From: Ignavibacteriota bacterium
GTDB taxonomy: Bacteria; Bacteroidota; Ignavibacteria; Kapaibacteriales; UBA2268
DNA: 64,000 nucleotides
Reading direction: 5' to 3'
Assembly: GCA_016219595.1 (NCBI GenBank)
Contig: JACRLY010000062.1
Coordinates: 71,639 to 135,638 of the forward strand
Part shown: positions 30,401 through 38,633 of the stretch, piece after piece
Layout of the letters: each line of letters starts with the position of its first letter
How positions within the stretch are numbered: the first letter of the stretch is position 1
Notes under the pieces: model-generated
Told to the model about the DNA's origin: nothing
The model's database searches: none
What the model saw: only the letters and a program-made list of their open reading frames with translations
Program-made: the position numbers and the translations under genes

Positions 30401-30490
30401 TCCTGAAGGGATGAGTAATATCAATACCATTCCCAACAGCGGCAAGAAGGTAATCCATGTTAGAGGTCCCATGCCGAAAATCTGAAACAT
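27473..30490 (-). CDS. nuoM/nuoN: NADH-quinone oxidoreductase subunits M and N encoded as one continuous 1005-codon ORF (NuoM-NuoN fusion or lost stop)
   Basis: The N-terminal ~515 aa are NuoM-like ([28 protein letters not shown]). The C-terminal ~485 aa are NuoN-like ([21 protein letters not shown]...). The junction, ...[23 protein letters not shown]..., has no stop. Met519 (codon 28934-28936) could act as an internal NuoN start. Confidence 0.8.
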   Translation of the reverse strand: [1005 protein letters not shown]

Positions 30491-30542
30491 TAATCCTCCG
30501 GAAAAATATATTTATTCATAATAATTTTATCAATTTTTTTTT

Positions 30543-30674
30543 GAATAGCCACTACTTTTAAGTAGTGGATTAGTTCCACTACCAGTCAGGGATTTATCCC
30601 TTTAACTAAAAAAGTGACTAAAGTCAAAATTGTATCTTAAATCTTACACCACTATCTAAAGATAGTGGCTATTC
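30543..30674. repeat. MITE-like element, family B copy 1 (132 bp, ~12-bp terminal inverted repeats GAATAGCCACTA)
   Basis: The left end is gaatagccactacttttaagtagtgg and the right end is ccactatctaaagatagtggctattc. A homologous copy lies at 48106-48230. Confidence 0.7.
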
Positions 30675-30710
30675 ATTTTATCTTTAAAAGAACAATCCTA
30701 TACTTCTATT

Positions 30711-32960
30711 TCAAACAAAAAAGTAAATCAACAGCATCACACCAATCACTACAAAAACAAGGTATGTCTGCACTCTGCCTGTCTGGACTTTACGGAACAT
30801 AGCTCCGAAAAATCCGGTTACATTTGCCGACAGGTTAACAAAACCATCTATTACTATATTATCAAAATGTCCTATAAAATATGAAAATCCTCTGGTTACA
30901 AAAGCAGTCAGGTTAACCATTCCATCAATCAGGTACAGGTCAAACCATGCAAGCACTTTCGAGAATCCCACAGTTCCTGCTACAACAGTGGCATGATAAA
31001 TCTCATCGAAATACCATTTCCTGAATGAGAATTGGTGAAGTTTTGGAAATTGTTTTGCCATGTTGTCAGCATTGAAAATTTTAAACTGGTACACCATGAA
31101 TGAGAACAATATCCCGAATCCAGCAATTAAGATTGAAAGAATCATAGCAGGATTATGCGCATGGTGCATCTGTTCTTCGAATTTATTCAAATAGTGATGT
31201 CCACCACTGTGAGTTGTTCCATGCTTTGTATTCTGCGTCATTTCCGGTGTATGTGTACCCCCTGCATTTGAGGCGGGGGTCATAACATTTTCATTCTTGT
31301 GATGTCCGCAATCTCCCTTACATTCACCCTCTTTGCAACTATGCTTCATTGCCATTATGTAAGGGCTTTCCCCTTTTTCAGTAGGAGTAAGGAAATTGAA
31401 CTGGTATTTTGCCGGTACTGCCGTTTGCGGTACAGGTAAATTCTTAACAAACCAGCCCTTATTTGCATCAGTCGGATTCGGTGAATAGAAGAACCAGAAA
31501 GATAATACTGCAAGCAATACCAAAGGAAATACTATGACAAATTTATTTTCATGTGTGTTTTTAGCTATTTCGGTTTTATGCTCTCCGTGGAAAGCAACTA
31601 TTGTCAGACGGAACATATAAAACGCAGTCATACCCGCCGCTGTAAATCCGGCTATCGGGATAAACCAATGCCCGCTCAACTGGGCAAATGCGAGTGTTCC
31701 GGCAAGGATACCGTCTTTACTCAAAAATCCCGATGTCAAAGGTACACCGGACAATGCAAACGTGGCAAACAGGAATGTCATATATGTCAGAGGCATCGTC
31801 CTTCTCAATCCGCCCATATTATTAATATCCTGCGGGTCAGTGTGATGGTCATGGAATTTGTGCATCGAATGATGCATCGCATGAATCACTGAGCCGGAAG
31901 CAAGGAATAATGCTGCTTTGAACCAGGCATGCGTTACAAGATGGAAAAAGCCGGTTGTATAGGAACATGCACCCAAAGACATAATCATAAATCCCAACTG
32001 GCTGACAGTTGAGTAAGCAAGCACTCTCTTGAAGTCAACTTGTGTAATAGCAATCGTGGCTGACATGAATGCAGTGAATGCTCCTACATAAGCAATCGTA
32101 GTAAGTGCATCAGCAGAAAACATGGGGAATACCCTTGCCACGAGATAAACACCTGCAGCGACCATTGTCGCGGCGTGAATCAATGCACTCACTGGCGTTG
32201 GACCTTCCATAGCATCCGGCAGCCAAACGTGTAGTGGAAATTGAGCCGATTTGCCGATTGCACCGCAGAAAATAAATACACCTTACAGAGTAAGCCAGAA
32301 TCCACTATTGAACGGCAAATGACCGCCTGCTATTCCTGCAAAAATTTCATCGAAGAAAACAGTGTTATATGTCAAGAATAAAATCAGTATACCTGCGAAA
32401 AATCCGAAGTCGCCAATCCTGTTGACTAAAAATGCTTTCTTCCCTGCGTCGGATGCGGATTTCTTTTCGTACCAGAAGCCGATTAATAAATAAGAACTGA
32501 CACCGACAAGCTCCCAGAATATATACATAAATAAGAAGTTATTTGCAATTACTATTCCGAGCATAGAGAAAGTAAACAATCCAAGATATGCGAAGTAACG
32601 CGAATATCTTTTATCATCAGCCATATATTCTGTCGAAAACAAATGCACCAGGAAACTGATTAATGTAACGACAATCAGCATCATTGCAGCGAGGTTATCA
32701 ATTAAAATACCGACTTTAATATTCGTATTACCCAGGTTAAGCCAATTTATTTTGGTTTGAATAACATTCATATCGGCAAAAGTTGTCAACTTGGTATATA
32801 ATATGAAAACTGAAAGGAGTACATCAATACCGATAATAGTAACTGCCAGCCAACTACTCATTCTTCCCAGCCGCTTACCGAAGAAAATGTTAATCACAAA
32901 TCCGAACAGCGGGAACACTAATACAAATGCCGCAAGATATAATAATGTGTCAGGTGTCAT
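30711..32960 (-). pseudogene. nuoL: NADH-quinone oxidoreductase subunit L interrupted by an in-frame TAA (codon at 32283-32285); ORF pieces are 32283..32960 and 30711..32282
   Basis: The two ORFs are in the same frame. Hand translation across the gap gives ...[48 protein letters not shown]..., a contiguous and conserved NuoL sequence with a single stop. The downstream part also carries a His/Cys-rich insertion. Confidence 0.75.
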
Positions 32961-33200
32961 ATTTAACTATATATTTTATTCTTTAATATTTTCCTTTTTA
33001 ATAACCGTATCAGGAGTTACTACTGATACAACAAATATTTAATCCCTACGGGATATTTATTGTAGAGTTTATACATCATCTATAAACATATAATCACTAC
33101 GTGATAATTTAATATTCAATTCAAAGTACATTTCTTGTTTCAATTCAGCATTCAGAATTCAGCATTCAGAATTTTCAATTGTGAATTGTTAATTTTTTAT
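32961..33200. repeat. Intergenic repeat element, family A copy 1 (nuoK-nuoL spacer)
   Basis: It shares these modules with the copies at 34048-34319 and 37705-38069: tcaggagttact(a/c)ctga palindrome, atttaatccctacgggata, ...atataatcactac..., caaagtaca(a/t)ttct, ttcagcattcagaattcag. Confidence 0.7.
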
Positions 33201-33509
33201 TTATTCTTTCATTCTGTCTATTTCATCAACATTCACGTGCTTGTAATTCTGATATATATTCAGCACGATTGCCAGGGCAACGGCAGCTTCAGCAGCGGCA
33301 AGTATAATCACAAAAATCGCCGCAACGTGTCCTTCTATATTCATTCCGCCATATTTGGCGAATGCAATGAAATTTATATTAGCTGAATTCAATACAAGCT
33401 CAAGCCCCATCAAAACCATAATCGCATTCTTACGGGTTATGATACCGAAGATGCCCAGTCCGAAAAGGATTACGCTTAAAATCAAGTAATGTGTAAGTCC
33501 GATGCCCAT
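33201..33509 (-). CDS. nuoK: NADH-quinone oxidoreductase subunit K
   Basis: 102 aa with three TM helices and a typical NuoK pattern (GLELVLNSANINFIAF...AAAEAAVALAIVL). Confidence 0.88.
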   Translation of the reverse strand: MGIGLTHYLILSVILFGLGIFGIITRKNAIMVLMGLELVLNSANINFIAFAKYGGMNIEGHVAAIFVIILAAAEAAVALAIVLNIYQNYKHVNVDEIDRMKE

Positions 33510-33534
33510 TTTATTTCCTAAATATTTTTCATGT

Positions 33535-34047
33535 TTAATTAATATTTTTCTTTCTTCTTGCTATCATTGCTGCACCGATAATTGCAATCAATAAGAGCAC
33601 AGATGCTGCTTCGAATGCGAGAAGGTAATCAGTCAATAACATTCTGCCGATTGGTGAAATTGTGTCTTTAAGTGGTTCTGCATCTCTTATAAACCATTTT
33701 ACATTTGAGTACATCACACCAAGTGTTATAGTGAGTATTGCTACAGCTATACCTGTAATACCTAACTGCATTTTCCCTATCAATCCTGATTTAATGTCAA
33801 CTCCGGTGATTCTTGTAGTTAACATAACACCGAAAATGATTAATACAAGAATTCCGCCTATATAAATCATTATCTGTGTCAACGCAAGAAAATCTGCATT
33901 CAGAAGAACATAAATCGCTGCCACTCCGAAAAAAGTGAACAGCAGAGAAAATGCCGAATACATTATGTTCTTGGAAAACACTACTACCATTGCCGATGCT
34001 ACAATCAGCACGGCAAAGAAATAAAATATTATTGTGATTAAATCCAT
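33535..34047 (-). CDS. nuoJ: NADH-quinone oxidoreductase subunit J
   Basis: 170 aa, hydrophobic, NuoJ-like (SAMVVVFSKNIMYSAFSLLFTFFGVAAIYVLLNADFLA). Confidence 0.85.
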   Translation of the reverse strand: MDLITIIFYFFAVLIVASAMVVVFSKNIMYSAFSLLFTFFGVAAIYVLLNADFLALTQIMIYIGGILVLIIFGVMLTTRITGVDIKSGLIGKMQLGITGIAVAILTITLGVMYSNVKWFIRDAEPLKDTISPIGRMLLTDYLLAFEAASVLLLIAIIGAAMIARRKKNIN

Positions 34048-34319
34048 ATCAAATTTTTATATGTTATTTCAATTCATTTTCTATTTTTTTCCGTGTCAGG
34101 AGTTACTCCTGACACCTGTTTTTTTTGTAGGGGTTGAAAATTTTCAACCCCTACATATATTTTTAATATTAATTCTCTGTGTTCTTTGTGAATTTCTTTG
34201 TGACCTTTGTGGTAAAAAATTCTCATCAAACACAATATTTAATCCCTACGGGATAATTTAAATTCAAATCAAAGTACAATTCTTATTAATAATTCAGCAT
34301 TCAGAATTCAGAATTTTAA
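34048..34319. repeat. Intergenic repeat element, family A copy 2 (nuoI-nuoJ spacer)
   Basis: It contains gtgtcaggagttactcctgacac, gtaggggttgaaaattttcaacccctac, ctctgtgttctttgtgaatttctttgtgacctttgtgg, atttaatccctacgggata, caaagtacaattct and ttcagcattcagaattcag. Confidence 0.7.
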
Positions 34320-34937
34320 TTATCCATTATCAATTTTCAATTCGCCCGATTCCTGCTTAGGTGCTTCCGCTGCTTTTGCCGCTTCAGCCGCTTTCTTAGC
34401 CTCTGCTTCTTTCTTTGCTTTTTCTGCCTGGAAATTAGCCAGAAGTTCTTTCTTCTGCTGAATTTCTTCGTCAGTCATAGTCGAGAATTTATAGAACAGG
34501 TTATTCCTGTCATAAGCAGAATATTCAAATTCCGTTGTCATCTTTATTGCCTCTGTCGGACATGGTTCAATGCACAGTCCACAGAAACAGCATTTTGCAA
34601 AATCAAGTGTATAACTCGGCACCCATAAGCCGCGTTTTTCACCATTCTTCAATGGAGGTGCATCTCCGGGTACAACCTTCAGAGTTTGAACCGCAATGCA
34701 ATTCACAGGACAAGCCCTGGCACATCCGTTACAGCCGTTGCATAATTCCATGTCAACAAAAATCCTATTGCGGGCATTCATTGGCATCTTATCGCCGCTT
34801 GCTTTTTCAAGTGGATGCTTGTTCGGATATTGCACTGTAACATTTTTTGCAAATAAATGCATAAAGGTGATTTTCATACCGACAAGTACGGTATAAACAC
34901 CCAACCATATATTATTAAAGTACTTTTTCATTTTCAA
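34320..34937 (-). CDS. nuoI: NADH-quinone oxidoreductase subunit I (2x[4Fe-4S]) with a Lys/Ala/Glu-rich C-terminal tail
   Basis: 205 aa with CNGCNGCARACP and CCFCGLCIEPCP ferredoxin motifs. The tail is KAKKEAEAKKAAEAAKAAEAPKQE. Confidence 0.88.
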   Translation of the reverse strand: MKMKKYFNNIWLGVYTVLVGMKITFMHLFAKNVTVQYPNKHPLEKASGDKMPMNARNRIFVDMELCNGCNGCARACPVNCIAVQTLKVVPGDAPPLKNGEKRGLWVPSYTLDFAKCCFCGLCIEPCPTEAIKMTTEFEYSAYDRNNLFYKFSTMTDEEIQQKKELLANFQAEKAKKEAEAKKAAEAAKAAEAPKQESGELKIDNG

Positions 34938-34972
34938 TTTGCCATTTCTAAATTTGACAATTTCTCACTAAT

Positions 34973-36052
34973 CTATTTCAACATTACCCAAAGCCCTACT
35001 GCAAAGAAGCAGATAAAAGCTATTGGTGTCATTACTTTCCAGCTTACTCCCATCAATTGGTCAACCCTCAATCTCGGCAGTGTCCATCTCAGCCAAATCT
35101 GAACAAATACGAATACAAATGATTTGGATATAAACCAGAACACACCCCAGATCGGACCATTCATAAAATCACCGAAGGGAGAGTTCCAGCCCCCGAAGAA
35201 AAGAATTGACAGCAGTGCCGATACAACAAACATATTAGCATATTCGGCGAAGAAAAACATAGCGAATTTCATTCCGCTGTATTCTGTGTGATAACCGGCA
35301 ACGATTTCCGATTCTCCTTCTGGTATATCGAATGGCGTTCTGTTAGTTTCCGCCAATGAAGCAACAAGGTAAAGTAAAAACATTCCAAGTGTGAACGGAA
35401 TAACTAATAATTTCCAGATTGAACCGGGACCTCCAAATACATACCAGTTCCAGAACCAGCCCCCCTGGTTAGCATTTATTACCTGCAAGTTCATACTGCT
35501 TGCAAGTATAACTATACTCAAAATCACAATTGCTGCTGGTATTTCATAACTAATTATCTGGGCAACAGAACGCAATGCACCAAGAAGTGAATATTTGTTA
35601 TTCGATGCCCATCCGCCCATTACAAGTCCTATTACTGCAAGAGAACCCATGGCGAAAATATAAAACAATCCTAAGTTAATTCCTGCAGGCACAAAATTCG
35701 AACTGAACGGAATAACTGCAAATCCTGCGTAAGCCGCTGTGAACATCAGGAAGGGAGCCATATTAAACAAAGGTTTGTTTGCCGCATCAGGAGTAATGTC
35801 TTCCTTCTGCAATAGCTTCACAACTTCAGCAACAGGTTGTATTATTCCCCATGGACCTGTCCTCATCGGACCCAGTCTCTCTTGTATAAAAGCTGATATT
35901 TTCAATTCACCAAGAATTGCAACCAATGCATAAACAATCAAAAATACGAGTGGCAATGTTACAACTAATATCAGTGCAATCAGTTCACTGCTCGAGAGTT
36001 TTGCCACCCAATCATAAAATGTAAGTATTTGATGTTCCATTTTTCCGTTCAA
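34973..36052 (-). CDS. nuoH: NADH-quinone oxidoreductase subunit H
   Basis: 359 aa polytopic protein. The NuoH/ND1 signature ...ERLGPMRTGPWGIIQPVAEVVKLLQKED...AETNRTPFDIPEGESEIVAGYHTEYSG is present. Confidence 0.9.
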   Translation of the reverse strand: MNGKMEHQILTFYDWVAKLSSSELIALILVVTLPLVFLIVYALVAILGELKISAFIQERLGPMRTGPWGIIQPVAEVVKLLQKEDITPDAANKPLFNMAPFLMFTAAYAGFAVIPFSSNFVPAGINLGLFYIFAMGSLAVIGLVMGGWASNNKYSLLGALRSVAQIISYEIPAAIVILSIVILASSMNLQVINANQGGWFWNWYVFGGPGSIWKLLVIPFTLGMFLLYLVASLAETNRTPFDIPEGESEIVAGYHTEYSGMKFAMFFFAEYANMFVVSALLSILFFGGWNSPFGDFMNGPIWGVFWFISKSFVFVFVQIWLRWTLPRLRVDQLMGVSWKVMTPIAFICFFAVGLWVMLK

Positions 36053-36065
36053 TAAAAATTAAATA

Positions 36066-37217
36066 TTACCTGTCAACTTCTCCTAAAACAATATCAACGC
36101 TTCCGAGTATCATGATTAAATCAGCGAACAAATATCCCTTAGATATTTCAGGAAGGACACTCAGATTTACAAAACTTGTTCCCCGCGATTTGATTCTTTC
36201 CGGTTTATCCGTTCCGTTGCTGACTATATAAAATCCAAGTTCACCTTTGGGATTCTCTGCTTTCGTATAAATTTCACCTTTCGGAGGTCTTACTTTTTTC
36301 GGTAGTTTCTCCCTAACGTCTCCGTCCATCGGCATTTGTTCAATTGCCTGTTCGATTATTCGGCAGCTTTGCTCCATCTCATGGAAACGGACTATGTTTC
36401 TGTCGAAGCAATCGCCGACAGTTCCCACTTCACCGCGACCTGTTACTACATCAAAATCAAACCTGTCATATATAGAATAAGGTGCGTCTTTTCTCAAATC
36501 AAAAGCTAAACCTGAACCACGCACTACCGGACCACTGCATCCAAAATTTACAGCCACATCGGCAGGAAGTATTCCCACATTTGCAACTCTTTCGATGAAT
36601 ATTTTATTATATAATAGCAGGTCAGCGATTTCCTTATTTGTTTCTCTTACTTGTTTAACTATTTTCAGAACGTCTTCTTTAAATTCCTTATGTACATCTG
36701 CCGCAAGTCCTCCAACCCAGAAATAATTGTAAAGCAATCTTCCGCCGGAAGCTTTTTCGAAAATCGAAAGAATGAATTCCCTGTCGCGGAATAAATATAG
36801 AAATGGAGTAAATGCACCTGCATCGAGACCAAAGGTGGCAACAGCAATCTGGTGATTGGCAATCCTGTTCAATTCTGCCATGATTACCCTTATGTATTCC
36901 ACCTTTTCCGGCACTTCTATTTCCATCAGTTTTTCCATACCCATTACGTAGGGCCACTCATTGTTCATCGCAGATATGTAATCCATCCTGTCAATGTAAG
37001 GAATTACCTGCGGATATGTCATTTTCTCGCAATGTTTTTCGAAACACCTGTGCAGGTACCCGATATGAGGAATAACCTCTGTTACAATTTCTCCGTCAAG
37101 CTCGACTTCGAGTCGCAGCACACCATGTGTCGAAGGGTGCTGTGGACCAACATTCAGTCGCATCCTCTCGGAATCAATCTGACTATATTCAAACTCTACT
37201 TTCTTTGTTTCACTCAC
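36066..37217 (-). CDS. nuoD: NADH-quinone oxidoreductase subunit D
   Basis: 383 aa with the NuoD signature (MRLNVGPQHPSTHGVLRLEVELDGE...; ends ...LGEVDR). Confidence 0.9.
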   Translation of the reverse strand: MSETKKVEFEYSQIDSERMRLNVGPQHPSTHGVLRLEVELDGEIVTEVIPHIGYLHRCFEKHCEKMTYPQVIPYIDRMDYISAMNNEWPYVMGMEKLMEIEVPEKVEYIRVIMAELNRIANHQIAVATFGLDAGAFTPFLYLFRDREFILSIFEKASGGRLLYNYFWVGGLAADVHKEFKEDVLKIVKQVRETNKEIADLLLYNKIFIERVANVGILPADVAVNFGCSGPVVRGSGLAFDLRKDAPYSIYDRFDFDVVTGRGEVGTVGDCFDRNIVRFHEMEQSCRIIEQAIEQMPMDGDVREKLPKKVRPPKGEIYTKAENPKGELGFYIVSNGTDKPERIKSRGTSFVNLSVLPEISKGYLFADLIMILGSVDIVLGEVDR

Positions 37218-37324
37218 TATATTATACCTTAACTTTTTTATTTCTATTTTCTTCTTCTCTAATCATTTAAAATTTGATAATAAACATTCATTTAAAATTC
37301 AAAATTTAAAATATATAATTTTTT

Positions 37325-37704
37325 TTAATACGGCACTTTCATACCGTGATATTCATCCGGCTGAACATAATCTTTTCTCAATGGAAAACCTTCCCAGTCA
37401 TAAGGACAACAGAAGATACTACAGGATTATCCTTAGACAAAGTTACTTTCAATACAAATGAATGTTTCAATTTTACTGAATAAAGATGATATACAACTCC
37501 GAGATTCTCTTTGTAATCCATACCGCCCAACAGTGAAAGGTAATCAAAATCGAGGTCGGGTGTATCTCTCAGATATAAGCATATATCGAACAATTTCTCT
37601 GGATTCACCTGAACAAAAGGGTCAAAAAAAGGTTCCTGCTTAAATTCGATTATTGCATCGCCGAATTCCGCTTTCAATTTCTCATATATTTCCTGAGCCA
37701 ACAT
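37325..37704 (-). pseudogene. nuoC: NADH-quinone oxidoreductase subunit C with an internal deletion/frameshift
   Basis: The N-terminal 100 aa are NuoC-like (…VVYHLYSVKLKHSFVLKVTLSKDNPVVSSV) and stop at 37378. The conserved C-terminus YDWEGFPLRKDYVQPDEYHGMKVPY* is present in another frame at 37325-37385. The ~30-aa core (WxERExxDxFGI…GHPxLRRIL) between the two pieces is missing. Confidence 0.65.
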
Positions 37705-38069
37705 ATTTCTTTTAAATTTTAAATTATAAATTTTGAATTAACTGTGTCAGGAGTTACTCCTGATACCTTTATTGTTATGTAGTGGTTGAAAATTTTCAAC
37801 CCCTACATTTTATTTTCTATTATCAATTCTCTGTGTTCTTTGTGAATTTCTTTGTGCTCTTTGTGGTTAAAAAATTCTTATCAAACACAATATATAATCC
37901 CAAGGGGATAATCATTGTAGTTGAGATACATCTTCTATAGACATATAATCACTACATTATAAATATTTTTATTCAAAGTACAATTCTCTTTTTAATGGAT
38001 TCTGAACAAATCCTTCGACTACGCTCAGGATGACATTGTTCAGAATGACATTTTAGCTATTAGTAATTA
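37705..38069. repeat. Intergenic repeat element, family A copy 3 (nuoB-nuoC spacer)
   Basis: It contains ctgtgtcaggagttactcctgatacc, gtagtggttgaaaattttcaacccctac, ctctgtgttctttgtgaatttctttgtgctctttgtgg, ataatcccaaggggataat, catataatcactac and caaagtacaattctct. Confidence 0.7.
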
Positions 38070-38612
38070 TTAATTAGTAATTAGTAATTCTTTTTGTTCT
38101 TCTTCAGCAATCCTTTTCCTTTTATTGAAAATCGCCTGCTTATTTATCTTTTCCTGCAATCTCATCATACCCTCTTCCAATGCTTCAGGTCTTGGAGGAC
38201 ATCCCGGAACATAAACATCCACAGGAATAATCCGGTCAACACCCTTCAGCACATGATAACCGTGCTCCCAGTAAGGACCGCCGGAATTGGCACATGATCC
38301 CATAGAAATAACATACTTAGGTTCAGCCATCTGTTCGTATAGCTTCTTGATTCTTTCCGCCATTTTGAAAGTAACAGTTCCGGAAATGATAATGAAGTCT
38401 GCCTGGCGTGGCGAGGTACGTGGAATGCATCCGAATCGCATAAAATCGAAATGCGATGCATTCACTGCCATAAATTCGATTGCACAGCAAGCCAATCCAA
38501 ACTGGAGGTACCAGTCCGATTTGCTTCTGCCCCAATTTAATATGTCTTCAACTTTTCCTAATATTATTCCGCCGCCGTAGTATGGATCGTCTAATTTATT
38601 CAATAAACCCAT
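38070..38612 (-). CDS. nuoB: NADH-quinone oxidoreductase subunit B
   Basis: 180 aa with the NuoB signatures [11 protein letters not shown]…[11 protein letters not shown]…GCPPRPEAL. Confidence 0.9.
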   Translation of the reverse strand: MGLLNKLDDPYYGGGIILGKVEDILNWGRSKSDWYLQFGLACCAIEFMAVNASHFDFMRFGCIPRTSPRQADFIIISGTVTFKMAERIKKLYEQMAEPKYVISMGSCANSGGPYWEHGYHVLKGVDRIIPVDVYVPGCPPRPEALEEGMMRLQEKINKQAIFNKRKRIAEEEQKELLITN

Positions 38613-38633
38613 TAATTCACCGTAAAATTATTA

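Noticed and set aside
32283-32285. Stop-codon reassignment (TAA read as sense) as an explanation for the nuoL in-frame stop
   Set aside because: TAA clearly terminates other well-conserved genes in the window, for example rpmH at 24986-24988 and the HMA gene at 10711-10713. Global recoding is therefore unlikely, and a local mutation or error is more parsimonious.
36052-37330. Absence of nuoE/F/G between nuoD and nuoH as a deletion
   Set aside because: The 11-subunit nuoABCDHIJKLMN arrangement without the NADH-binding module is the normal architecture in several phyla (e.g. Bacteroidota, Chlorobi-like groups). It is not evidence of gene loss here.
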